Shown piece after piece: positions 40,545 to 54,775 of a stretch of DNA of 64,000 bases; position 1 is the first letter of the stretch, and every line of letters starts with the position of its first letter. Origin of the DNA: Camelus ferus. Taxonomy: Eukaryota. The notes below the pieces were generated by a model. That model searched no databases. It saw nothing but the letters and a program-made list of their open reading frames with translations, and was not told where the DNA came from. Position numbers and translations under genes: made by a program. Location: NCBI RefSeq assembly GCF_009834535.1, contig NC_045696.1, positions 70,248,001-70,312,000 on the forward strand, written 5' to 3'.

Positions 40545-41188
40545 TGTTTTTAGGATTTTTTTTAATTGAGTCATAGTCATTTTACAATGTTGTGTCAAAT
40601 TCCAGTGTAGAGCACAATTTTTCAGTTATACATGAACATACATATATTCATTGTCACATTTTTTTTCCGCTGTGAGCTACCGGAAGATCTTGTATATATT
40701 TCCCTGTGCTATGCAGTATAATCTTGTTTATCTATTCTATATATGCCTGTCAGTATCTATAAATTTTGAAATCCCAGTCTGTCCCTTCCTACCCCCTGCC
40801 CCCTTGGCAACCACAAGTTTGTATTCTATGTGTATGAGTCTGTTTCTGTTTTGTATTTATGTTCTTTTTTTTTTTAATTCCACATATGAGTAATCTCATA
40901 TGGTATTTTTCTTTCTCTTTCTGGCTTACTTCACTTAGGATGGCATTCTCCAGGAACATCCATGTTGCTGCAAATGGCGTTATTTTGTCGGTTTTTATGG
41001 CTGAATAGTATTCCGTTGTATAAATATACCACATCTTCTTTATCCAGTCATCTGTTGATGGACATTTAGGCTGTTTCCATGTCTTGGCTATTGTAAATAG
41101 TGCTGCTATGAACATTGGGGTGCAGGTGTCATTTTGAAGTAGGGTTCCTTCTGGATATATGCCCAGGAGTGGGATTCCTGGGTCATAT
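40545..41188 (-). mobile_element. Relatively young 5'-truncated L1 (ORF2 C-terminus, 3' UTR and tail)
   Basis: ORF 40789-41115 (-) MFIAALFTIAKTWKQPKCPSTDDWIKKMWYIYTTEYYSAIK is an uninterrupted L1 ORF2 C-terminus with several CpGs retained. Confidence 0.93.
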
Positions 41189-41829
41189 TCATGATAAATT
41201 CATTGCTATGTTTTTTTTAACATCCTTAATGAGGCATAATTTACCTTTTAGAGTTGTGCAGCCATCCCCATAAATCAGTTTTTGGACTTGTCCACTACCC
41301 CAAAAAGTTCCCTCTGACCTTTTGCAGCTTCCCCAACTCCCACCCCCAGCCCTAGGCAAACATTGATCTTTCTGATTCTATAGATTTGCCTTTTCTGGCC
41401 ATTTACCATAAATGGCATTACACCATATGTAATCTTTTGCATCTAGCTTCTTTCAGTTTGCATAATATTTTTGAGGTTCATCTATGTTGTAGAGTGTATC
41501 AGTAGTTTGATGCTTTTTATTGCTGAGTTTACTTTATCCACTTATCAGTTGATGGATAGTCAGGTTGTTTCCAGTTTTGATTTATTATGAATAATGCTGT
41601 CATAAATATTCATATATAGGTTTTCATTTCTCTTAAGTAGATTCCTAGGAGTGAAACTGTTGGGTTGAAAGATAAGTTTATGTTTATCTTTTTAAGAAAT
41701 TGCCAAACTTTTTAAAAGTGGATGTACTGTTTTATATTCTTACAAGCATTGTATGAGGATCCCAGCTACTCCACATCATCACCAACATTTGGTGTTATGT
41801 CTTTTTGATTATAGTCAGTCTAGTGGGTC

Positions 41830-42295
41830 TGTGTTAGTTGTCTTTAGTTGCATAACAAATTACCCCCCAAATTTAGCTGCTTAAAATCAAACAATTATCA
41901 TCTTACAGTTTCTATAGGTCAGGAAGCTGGGTGTGGTTAGCTAGGTCCTCTGATTAGGGCTTCATATAAGACTACCTTCAAGGTACTGCTGGGGATGCTA
42001 TAGGCTTAACTAGGGAGAGTCTGCTTCCAAGCTCACTCAAGTAGCTGTTAGTGGGATTCAGTTCCTTTTGGTCTGTTGAACTGAGGGCCTCAGTTCCTCA
42101 CTGTCTATTGGCTGAAACCCTCCTTCAGTTCTTTGCCACATGGGCTTTATCAAAGGACAGCTCACACATGGCAGCTTGCTTTCGTCAGAGTAAGCAAGTG
42201 AGAGAGCAAGAGAGGGTGAGCAGGACTGAAGCCAGAATCCTTCTGTAATTTAATCTCAGAAATGACCTCCCATTACTTAGAAGCCACCTACCACA
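41830..42295 (-). mobile_element. MaLR MLT1 LTR nested in L1
   Basis: tgtgttagtt...ataacaaattacc...tctgcttccaagctcactca...ctaccaca. Confidence 0.75.
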
Positions 42296-42560
42296 TTCAT
42301 TGTGATTTTAATTTGCATTTCCCTCATGACTAATGATGTTTAACATCATAATTTTTTCATATGCATATTAGCCATTCATGTATCCTCTTTGGTGAAACAT
42401 TCCATAAAGTTTTTGCCCACTTTAAAATTGGATTTTTCGCCTTCTTGAGTTGCAAGAGGTCTTTATATACTGGGTACAAATACTTCATTAGATATTTGAT
42501 CTACAAATTATATTTATTTTATTTAGTTTTCCCACTTGGTTCTAGTCCTTTCTGATACTC

Positions 42561-42895
42561 TTTTTTTTAACTGATGTATAGTTGATTTATAATGTGTTAA
42601 TTTCTAGTGTACAGCATAGTGATTCATTTATATACATATACATATATATTCCTTTTCATATTCCTTTTCATTATAGGCTATTACAAGGTATTGATACAGT
42701 TCCCTGTGCTATACAGTAGGACCTTGTTGTTTACCCTGTTTTGTGATGATTTTTCTTGTTGTCCCACTTGTACAAGATCTTCTGCCAGAGTTCAGTAGGT
42801 ATTCTGTGAGAATTGTTCCACATGCAGGTATATTTTTGATGTATTTGTGAGAGAGGGTGAGCTCCTTGTCCTTCTATTCCACCATCTTGAAGCCC
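42561..42895 (-). mobile_element. Bipartite L1 derivative: L1 5' end fused to L1 3' tail
   Basis: Minus strand begins ttcaagatggtggaatag (YY1-type L1 5' motif) and joins near 42735 to aaacaacaaggtcctactgtatagcacaggg...aaatcaactata and a poly-A. Confidence 0.65.
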
Positions 42896-42900
42896 TTTTC

Positions 42901-43484
42901 TGTGTTCATTTTGTATTGCTTTGATAACAAATTACCACAAGCTTAGCAGTTTAAATAACATAAGTGTACCATCTTATCAATCTATAGGTCAGAAACCTGG
43001 TAGAGGATCACTGGAGTAGAATCCAGGTGTCAGCAGCTGCACTCCTTTCTGGAGTCTCTAAGGAAGAATCCGTTTACTGCTCACTTGGGTGGTTGGCAGA
43101 ATTCAGTACCTGTATTGTAGGACCAAGCTGGTTGTAAACTGGGGGCCATTCCTAGTGCCTAGAGGTCACTGCATTCCTTGGCTCTTGGCCCTCTTGCTCC
43201 ATCTTCAAAGCCACATTGTCATCAACGAGTGCTGTCTTTCCTACGTTGCACCTCTCTCTGACTTCTCCCTCATCAAATCTCTCTCACCGCAGAAAAGGCT
43301 CTCCTGTTTTAAGGATTCACGTAATTAGATTGGGCCGACCTGGGTAGTACAGAGCAAGCCACACATCTCAAGGTCTTTAACCTGAATCATATCTGTAGTC
43401 TCTTAGCCACGTAAGATAATATATTCATAGGTTCTGGGGATCAGGAAGAAGATATTTGGGGAGGCCATTATTCTGCCTGCCACA
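42901..43484 (-). mobile_element. MaLR MLT1 LTR
   Basis: tgtgttcatt...aacaaattaccacaag...ggaggccattattctgcctgccaca. Confidence 0.8.
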
Positions 43485-44335
43485 CAAATATTTTCTCCCA
43501 GTCTATGATTCATCATTTCATTTTATTAATGGTATTCTTTTAAGTACAAAATCTTTAGTTTTGATGAAGTCCAATTAAAAACTTTTTGTCTTTCATGTAT
43601 TGTGCTAAGAATACTTTGCCTAACCAAAGAAATCATAAAGATTTTTCTTATTTTTTTCTAGAAATTTTTATAATTTTAGCTTTTCAATTTAGATTTATGA
43701 TCCATTTTGAGTTAATTTTTATATATGGTGCTAGGTAAGGATCTAAGTTTCTTTGTTTTGTTTTGTTTTTCATGTGGATATCCAACTGTCCTCAGCACCA
43801 TATGTTTAAAAAAAATCTTCTTTCTCTTATTAAATTGTTTTGGCACTTGTGTTGAAAATTAATTGGCCATAAATATAAAGATTTATTTCTGAACTCTCAG
43901 TTCTCTTCCATTGATTTGTATGTCTATTCTTGTGTCAGTATTACACTGTCTCCTTTTCTAGGTATTTTTAAGTTTTTATTACTGTTAAGAATGGAGTTAA
44001 GATTATTTTGAACCTAAAATATTATTAACTCAGAACTGTTTTCCTTAAGCTCACTGGCAGATTAATATAATCAGTCTATCATAATAGTGGCTTGGCTTTG
44101 GAGTAAAAGGAAAATACAATTTTTATGCCTCAATTAAGTAACTTGAAATTGCTTTGAATCTCTTAAATTCTATCTTTTGGGACTAAGTTGCAAAGATGTC
44201 AGAGATTTTGATATCAGTGTTACATTAAATACCTCGATAAACAGTATTTAATTTTGTATTTTGAATTTCAACAGGTTATTGTTATCATTATGTACACATA
44301 TTCCTTTGGTACAGGTAACATTTCCAAAGATCTGA

Positions 44336-44758
<423 letters not shown>

Positions 44759-45497
44759 TAGGGCCACCAGTTGCCACACTTTTTGCTAAACATATTTCTT
44801 GTTTTAGCTAACTTAATTTTCACCCCAGCTCATGAACTGTCTTTATTTTACATGTGAGGCATAGAGACACTAACCTTCTCAACAGTGAGCTAAACCCCAG
44901 TAGTCTGATGCTAGGTCAGTCTGATACCAGACTTGGCATTTTTAACTCATTTCTACCTCTTCCCCATCTCTCACTCCTGGGTTTCCCAATACTGATTATT
45001 TGTGCCACATTTCAAGGTATGGCTCGTCACTTCTACAGATACAGATTTGGAATGAAGGCTCTGTCCTTCTAGTCTTTGGATCCATTCACTTCTCCTGGTT
45101 CAAAACAATTATCCTCAGATTCATCAGAACCCTGAAATAGTGGCTTCCCTACTCTGTCCTCCTGAAATTTCCCTAAACAAAAGGTCTTCTTCCCTCAGAA
45201 GCTAGCTCTCTGATTACATTCTTTGGGCCAGTTTCCTAAACTTCACTTTCTCTTAGTCTTGGCCCAAGAATAGTGTTGGGTGGATTCTGAACCCCATGAA
45301 TGGTAAGCAAAATGTTATATGTATCAGCTTGTGTACAGTCACCTAGGGGAGGAGGTCTATAGGTTACTAAAGGCATCGACCTTCTTAACCCTCACCCAGC
45401 ATTCTAGTACCCACCCTACTTGGAGGGAAAAAGCCCTTTCTACACTTTCTTGGTCTGTCGTCTCAGTCAAGTTTGGGTAAAAAAATACTGTGTCTTT

Positions 45498-45678
45498 TTT
45501 TAAAATGCATTCCTTTTTTAAAATTGTTTATTTCATCTAGGTTTTTTAAATTTTATTTTCAGGGAGTTGTATGAAGTCATCTCATTTTTTTTTTAATTGA
45601 GGTACTGGGGATTATACCCGGGACTTCATACATGCTAAGCACACTCTCTACCACTGAGCTATACCCACACCCCTAACC
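45498..45678 (-). mobile_element. tRNA-derived SINE (camelid vic-1-like)
   Basis: Reverse-complement head ctaccactgagctataccc; TSD aaata(c/t)tgtgtcttt at 45483-45497 and 45679-45693. Confidence 0.88.
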
Positions 45679-47984
45679 AAATATTGTGTCTTTAATACAA
45701 ATGCACTGTGCTCCTTCTGACACTGACTCTGTTCACTTGTGACTTTTTAAAGAACATAGATAAATAGTGTGACAAAGAACCAAGAATGTTCCCTTTTTAT
45801 GTTCTTTCAGCAACAATATTTGTTTCTAGTTGTGTACTTACCTGTTTCTTCTTCCCTATATTCCTTGAAGCCAAGAATAATTAATGCAAAATAATAGTAA
45901 AAGTTTCAAGTTTATTAGTATTTTGTTTGTCAACAATTTTAAAGACGTCAGGTTTGTATCTGGTATGGAATGTTTAAAAGTTTGAGGTCTGCTTTTTTTT
46001 TAAGTATACACAGCATTGTTCTGGAAAATGTTTGAAAAGCATTTAAACTATGTAGAAGACAATGTGGATAAAAATAAAATGAGAAAGTTTGGTCCTTTCC
46101 CCCTTCTTCATGTTTATTCCCGCACTGCTCTGCACTTCATCTTTGTGAAGCAGGCCCCTGTGGCACCCTGTGTCCTCTGGAACTCGCCTACAGCCTCATG
46201 TGTTTCACTGATGCTCCCTCCTCTGTCTCCTGCCTGAAACCTGGCTTACCATGTGCACCGGCTTCTCCTGCAGCCCTCTCAAGAGAACGCTGTTGCTTCT
46301 ACCCTCCATGGACCTCAGTGTCACTTCCCAACTCCCCTCTCAGACCATTATTCCTTTCAGGACACTTCCCTCTGTGCTCCTGCCATCTGCTGTTACCACT
46401 TTATCCTTCCTCATTACTGTCAGTGCACCCCCTTATCTGCCCTCTTTTTAGTACCTAGCTCACAGTTATCCACTTCGGCCCAAATCTTACTGCCATCCTG
46501 ACTGTCTTCATCATCTGTGTAGATAATTCATCCAGCCCTGTTGCTTCTGGGTTTCTTTGCCTCCTCAGATCCAGTGACCTTCACCTCAGTTCACTTCCAT
46601 GACCCACACTTATGGCTTCACCATCGGTCTTGTCTTTACCCTGAACATTTCTCCACCTCTGAAACGTGAAATCTCACTTTTCCACCACAACCTTGTATCT
46701 TTCCATGTCCCTTTCTCAGCTATTCTGACTACATCCATTACTTGACTGGCTCCTCTTATCTTTACTTTCTTCTTAATTCAGTTTTCATTTCCAGAGTCAT
46801 CACATCAGTCACTCTCTTGCCAGTGTCTTCAAATTCCGTGATTCATTGTTTTTCATTAAGTCCCCTGGCAAAACCCCAACCCTGCTGAGCCAACTTGGCA
46901 CTTCCATGAGCCCACACCCAGGCTTCTCAGATCAGGGCGGCACCACTGCACATCCAGGCTCTCCCACCTGGAGTGCTCTCAGGGCCGTCAGAAGGGGAGA
47001 GGACTGCAGTTGACCAAACACTGCAGGATCAGTAGTTAAGGCATCCCTTATTCTTTTTTAACTTCTCTGAGGTCAAGAAGAAGGAGATTCTTGACCAGAC
47101 TGAATTCCATGGTACTTAAAGGCAGTCATTTGGTACAGGAGCAGGACTCCTTGACCCTGTCTGTATGTGTTTAGTGAGGAAAAATTAGGAAACTAAATTC
47201 AGTATAAATACAGTATATACCTTTGAAAACATAATCACTAATAGTGCAAAGCTTGGTCTTTCAGCCCTTTGTTCTTGAGAACTTTGAGACCACAAGATTG
47301 TGAGAAGTTAGTAGCTAAGAACTTTTTGAAAGGAATAGATACTGTGTTTTCATGTATATTTTGTTTCAGTGATTAAATGAAAAGTATCAGTTTATAGAAC
47401 TAAAGAAGATCTAAAATTAGAGCTAAGACATTTCTAAAAAGCATTAATCTGGGCCACTTTGTGGTTTGGATTACGAGTTGTTTGGGGCCCCAGAGGTCCT
47501 ACAGAGTCCTGCTCTGCGAGGTGAGTGCTAGGGGCCAGACTCCACCTTCACCAGGGGACTTTCCTTCCCTGCTGTTTTCAGTTCTGAGATATCACCTACA
47601 TCACATTACACTTTACAAAGCACTTCCACGTAACTTCCCATTAGTCCTGATTGTCCCTGTGAGATTGTAATCTCTACATGTTAGAAGTTTTATATGAAGC
47701 TTGGGACTGAAAGCTAGGAGGCCGGGATTTTGAACCCCCCACTCGACCTCCTATTTACCCAGGCTAAATTTTGCTACAGCAGTGAGAGCTATTCAGCATT
47801 TTTGTTACTGAGTAAAACTCAGATGCTTAGTAAATTTGGAAAACTAAATGTTTTAAATAATTTAATACATTTATTATATTATATTACATAATCTAATACA
47901 AGTTAAAAATTAAATATATTCCAGAGAAACTAAATGGATGAGTTCTGATGACTGATAACATTCTATATTCAAAACTAATCCCCA

Positions 47985-48178
47985 CTGGGGACTAAGACAT
48001 ACAAACTACTATGTATAAAATGAATAAACTACAAGGAAATACTGCACAGCACAGGGAATGTAGCCAACATTTTATAATAACTTTAAGTGGAGTATAATCT
48101 AAAAACATTCTGAATCACTATGTTGTACACCTAAAACTAATATAATATTGTAAATCAACTATACTTCAATTAAAAAAC
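47985..48178 (+). mobile_element. Short 5'-truncated L1 3' tail
   Basis: ...gcacagggaat...tgaatcactatgttgtacacc...aaatcaactatacttcaattaaaaa; TSD aaaac(t)aatcccca on both sides. Confidence 0.85.
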
Positions 48179-48904
48179 AATCCCCAAAGCTTGTCAGTGT
48201 CAAGTATACAAGAGTAATGTATACATGGCTTTCACAAAACTGGATTCGACCTGCAGGCTACAGTTCGCCAACACCTGCTCTAGGGTCTCCTCCAAGGCCT
48301 CAGAGTTGTTTGTTCTCTGCACCCTCTGTATACAGGTGGTAATGAAGGATCTTGTGGGAGATTTCAGGGGCCAATCGTAATCCCACACCTCCCTTCTTCC
48401 CCCATTTCATTGATCAGAATTAGTTATAGGCCCTACCAGGATACAATGGGTCTGGAAAGTACAGGCTTCTATGTGCCAGGAGTAAAATGAAATGGTATGG
48501 GGAAGAAACAACAACGTTTTGCCATCGAGTAATTTGTCTACATTTTCCATTCTTCTTGCCTTTGCTTAAACTATTACTCACTTTTCTTTTCCCTTCCCCT
48601 GCCTGGGTGGTTCAACTTCTCCAATTTCACCTATTTCAATATTCAAATATGTCTTGAAATAATCTTTATCTTGAAGCTTTTCTTGATTCAGCCAGCCAAA
48701 AATAATCTTTCCTTCGAGTCACCAAAGAAATTTGAACTTCTCTCATCATTTAGTTTACCTTGTAAGGTGGATATTTGTGAACTTTTCTTCCTCACACCTC
48801 TAGATTATAACCTTCGTGAGGGTTGGTACTATTCACGTTTGTGAATGGCAGTTTCATTGAGATGAAACCCATGTCATAAAATTCACCCACTTAAAGAGCA
48901 CAAT

Positions 48905-49555
48905 TCAACATAAAATACTGCAGCTGCTATGAAGAACAGTATGGTAATTCCTCCAAAAATTAAAAGTAGAATTACATATTATGATTCAGCAATTCCACTT
49001 CTAGGTGTATATCCAAAATAATTGAAGGCAGGGACTCCAACAAATATTTGTAGTCATATCCATAGCAGCATTATTCACAATAGTGGAATAATGGTGGAAG
49101 CAACACAAATGTCCATTGACAGATGAATGGATAAACAAAATGTGGAACATATGTATATTCAAAGGGATATTATTCAGGCTTAAAAAGGTAGGAAATTCTG
49201 ACACATGCTACAACATGGATAAACCTGGAGGATGTTCTGCCAAGTGAAATAAACTAGTCACAAAAGAACAAATACTATATGATTCCACTTACACTAGGTA
49301 CCTAGAGTAGTCAAAATCATAGAGGCAGAAAGTAGAATGGTTTGCTGGGGGCTGTGGGGATGGAGGAATGGGGTGTTATTGAAAGGGTACAAAGTTTCAG
49401 TTTTGCAAGTTGAAAAGAGTTCTGGAGATGGATGGTGGTTCTGGTAGCACAACTTTGTGAATGTATTTAATACCACTGAACTGTGCACTTAAAAATGATT
49501 ATGGTGGTAAATTTATGTTTATGAATTTTACCACTATTAAAACATTTTTAAAATA
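48905..49555 (+). mobile_element. L1M 3' fragment inserted into an antisense L1
   Basis: cagcaattccacttctaggtgtatatcc; acagatgaatggataaacaaaatgtgg. Confidence 0.85.
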
Positions 49556-49589
49556 CATAGTAACATTGTCAACGAAAAAAAGCAAAACA

Positions 49590-51403
49590 GTACACTTCAG
49601 TGGTTTCTAGATCATAAAGTTGTGCAACCATTGCCACAGTCAGTTTTAGAACATTTTCATCACTCTAAAAACAAACCTGTGTCCATTATCAGTCATTCCT
49701 CATTGCCCTTCCTCCCAGCTCCTGGTAACCACAAATCTATTTTCTGTCCCTGTGGATTTTCCTATTCCAGTCCTTTCATATAAATGGAATCACATAACAT
49801 GTAACCTTTTATGTCCAACTTCTTTAACTTAGCAAAGGCTCATCCATGTTGTAGGAGGTATCATCTCTTTTTATGGCTGAATAATATTCTACTGTAGGGA
49901 TGTACCACCTTTTGGTTCTCCATGTTGTTGGCTATTTGGCTTGCTTCCACTTTTTGGCTACTTTGAATAATGCTGCTATGAACACTTCTGTACAAGTTTT
50001 GTGTGGAGATATGTCTTCATTTCTCTTAGGTTATATATACACCTACCTATCTACCTACATACCCAGGAGTGGAATTGATGGATCATATGGTAACTCCATG
50101 TTTAACATTTCGAGGGACTTCCAACTCATTTTCTACAGCACCAGCACCATTTTACAATTTGCCAGCAATGAATCAGGGTACCAATTTCTCCACATCCTCA
50201 CTAGAACTTGTTATTGTTTGTCTTATTAATTATAGCTATCCTAGTGGGTGTGAAGTGATAGCTCATTGTGATTTCAGTCTGCATTTCCATAATGACTAAT
50301 GATGTTAGGCATCTCTTCATATGCTTATTGGCCATTTGTATATCTTCTTTGGAGCAGTGTTTAGTCAGATCCTCTGCCTAATTTTAAATTGAGCTGTCTT
50401 TTTATTGTTGAGTTTAAGAGTTCTTTATATATTCTGATACAAGTACCTTATCAGATATATGATTTGCAAATATTTTCTCCCATACTGTGGGTTTTTTTCA
50501 CTTTCTTCATTATGTCCTTTGAAGCATAATTTTTTTTTTTAAATTTTGATAATGTCCAATTTATCTATGTTTTCTATTTTTTTTATGCTCTGGTGTCATT
50601 TCTAAAAATCCATTGCCTAACCCAGGGTCATGAAGATTTACTCATAGGAGTTTTGTAGTTTTAGCTCTTACCCCAGTCTTTGATACATTTTAAGTTAATT
50701 TTTGTATATGGTGTGAGGTAAAAGTACAACATGTGAATATCCAGTTGTCCCAGCACCATTTTTTGAAAAAGACTGTTCTTTCCCCATTGAATTATATTTG
50801 CATCTTTATCAAAAATTGATTTTTCATAAATGTATGAGTTTACTTCAGGACTCTCAATTCTATCTCTTGGACCTATGCCAGCATCACATGGTATTGAATA
50901 CTGTTATCTTTGTCAAAAGTTTTGAAATTGGGAAGAGCGAGTTCTCTAACCTTATTCTTCCTTTTCTATATTGTTTTGGTTATTCTAGATTTCTTGTATT
51001 TTTACACGACTTTTAGGATCAGCTTGTTAATTTCTGCAAAAAAACAGATCTTTGATAGTGATTGCACTGGATCTGAAGATCAATTTGGGTAGTGTTGCCA
51101 TCTTAACAATATTAAGTCCTATGATCCATGCATGGAATGTCTTTCCATTTATTTAGATGTTCCTTAATTTCTTTCAACAGTTTTTTTTTTTGTTGTTGTT
51201 GTTGTTTTTTTTTGGTTTTTAGTGTATAGGTCTTACCATTCTTCCTTAAATTTATTCTGAAGTATTATTTTTAATGCTATTATAAGTGGAATTTTCTTAA
51301 TTTCATATTCAGATTATTCATTGCTAGTATATAGAAATACAGTTGATTTTTATCTATTGATCTTGTATCCTTCAACCTTGCTGAACTTGTTTATTAGTTC
51401 TAA

Positions 51404-51405
<2 letters not shown>
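49590..51405 (-). mobile_element. L1MB-type antisense fragment
   Basis: Continuous antisense L1 3' UTR and ORF2 text (ccagttgtcccagcaccatt; ttgctgaacttgtttattagttctaatag). Confidence 0.88.

Positions 51406-51406
<1 letters not shown>

Positions 51407-51452
<46 letters not shown>
51407..51452. repeat. (TG)23 microsatellite
   Basis: Perfect repeat read directly. Confidence 0.97.
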
Positions 51453-51456
<4 letters not shown>

Positions 51457-51574
51457 CTGCTCATTATTATACCCTTTGGAGCACTTACTACAATGCCTAG
51501 CCTTAATTAGTGTTCAGCCATTTGTATTGATATCTTTGAAAGCCACATTTCCACAGAAGCCTTCCATTAACTGA

Positions 51575-52897
<1,323 letters not shown>

Positions 52898-54775
52898 TCC
52901 AGCCTGTCAGGTTATGCCTCACATGCTGGCATCAGATAATGCTAACTGAATTTCACTGAAATTAAATCCAAAGATCTTAAGTAAGATTTCTCTGAAATTC
53001 AAAGCAAAAGAAATAATTGGTTGGATAATCCTCCTCTTTGGGTCTTCCATCTGGTGATGATCCTAATGGCTCACATGTCTAGGAATGTCCTTCCTCTGCC
53101 TTGGAATCTGTTGTTATCAGATAAATTATTTCAATCACAGTGAATAAACTTGGGTTAATACCATAATAGCTAAGGAGAGAGCCTCAGGAATAAGTTGAGG
53201 TTCCCAAGTTCTGTGGAGAAATATGTCATCAATTATTAACTGATAAATGCAGCTAAATCCTAAATTCATTTTGAGCCCTTTTTGAACTTTACATATGAAG
53301 TACTGATAGGAAATCTGATGGTTCCTTCACTCATCAGATATTCATTGTGCACCCCCAAGCATCTTGCACAGCACTTGACAGACCTAGAATCCAAAGGGGC
53401 ATTCATCCAGCAAGGAAGCTTTTGCTAAAGTTCAGATCGTAGTCTCGGGTGGCGTGGAGATGGTTGACAGGGTAGAGTCAGCAGTGAGGGTGTCTATGAG
53501 TGAGCTTTGAAAGCTGCCCAAGGAGAGGCAGAGGCAGGGTATCCAAGGCAGAACAGTGTTAAAGTTTATGCAAAACACAGTTGAGAGTTGGTGAGGAAAC
53601 CACATACTTCATACTAGAATGGGGAACTCAGAGTAGCTTGTCAAGTCGTGCTCAATATATTGCTTCTATCCAAGGCCTATGTGCACAGTTGTTCTTGCTG
53701 CTTGCAAGGGACTCAGTAATGTCTGAAGATAATTTCAAGACCACTGGATGTCCACAACCTGATCTTTCTTTACACTTCTATTCAAGGATAAGTATGGAAA
53801 GTGGTAAATTGTTAACTTAGTGTAAGAAGAGATCTCAGGAATCAAACGTCCTCCGATTCTGTGATAGAGTAACGATGCTAGTTCCCCTGTCACGATAAGC
53901 CTTTGTGATGTTAGGTATGAAGATGGTTGAATCTTGACAAATCCAAAATGATGACAAAACAAATTTTGTATAATTCTGTTATAAGATTTCTTCTCTTTTT
54001 ACTTTTGCCTTGTATGGTTAAAAGTTGAGGGACTGGTCAACACAAAAACCTATACACAAATGTTTATAGCAGAATTACATAATAGCCTCAAATTAGAAAC
54101 AACCAAAATGCCCATCACCTGATGAATGGATAAGTAAGATGTGGAGTAGCCATACAATAGAGTATTATTTGGCCATAAACAGAAATGAAGTACTGCTACA
54201 TACTAAACATGATGAACCTTGAAAATACTATGCTGAGTGAAAAAAATGGGCAAATCTATAGAGCCAGAAAGCAGATTACAGGTTGCTTAAGGTTGAAATG
54301 ACTGCAGAGTGGGGAATGGGGAATGACTGCTAATGAATGCAGGGTTTCCTTTTGGGTTGATGAAAATATTATGAAATTATTGTGGTGATGGTTGTATAAC
54401 ATTGTGAACCTACTAAAAACCATTGAGTTGTATGTGGGGGAACTCTATGGTATGTGAAACATATCTCAATAAAGTTAATAAATAAGTAAACAAATGGGCT
54501 CAGGTTGTTATCCTTCAGGGTGATGTAAATGAACTGTTTTCATAACATTTTGACTAGTTGAACCCAAACAAAACTATCAAAAGTTCTGATAGAGAAATCT
54601 TGAATGAATATAGTGTAAGTTTTCCATTGTAAAAAACAAACAAAACAAAACCAAAAAAACTTTCTGGGGTGTGCCTTGAATTGTAGTTCAGTTTAGGATA
54701 ATTTTTATGACACGTATTGCTGGATTTCACATAAATTGGTCCTTGAAATAAATGACATCAATAGAAAATATTCCC
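52898..54775 (+). other. EHHADH: EHHADH 3' UTR (end uncertain) with candidate poly(A) signals
   Basis: ATTAAA at 52961; AATAAA at 53143, 54468, 54477 and 54747. Confidence 0.5.
54035..54485 (+). mobile_element. L1M 3' fragment downstream of the stop codon
   Basis: cacaaaaacctatacacaaatgtttatagcag...gatgaatggataag...tatctcaataaag. Confidence 0.85.

Larger units (their letters stand above)
41210..43950 (-). mobile_element. Older L1MB-type element with nested insertions
   Basis: Antisense L1 text resumes after each insertion (41210-41829, 42296-42507, 43485-43950); duplicated caaat at 42503-42507 and 43485-43489. Confidence 0.8.

Noticed and set aside
44275..44314. 40-nt cassette exon before exon 6
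   Set aside because: The downstream intron would be only 43 nt, too short for normal splicing; kept only as alternative acceptors.
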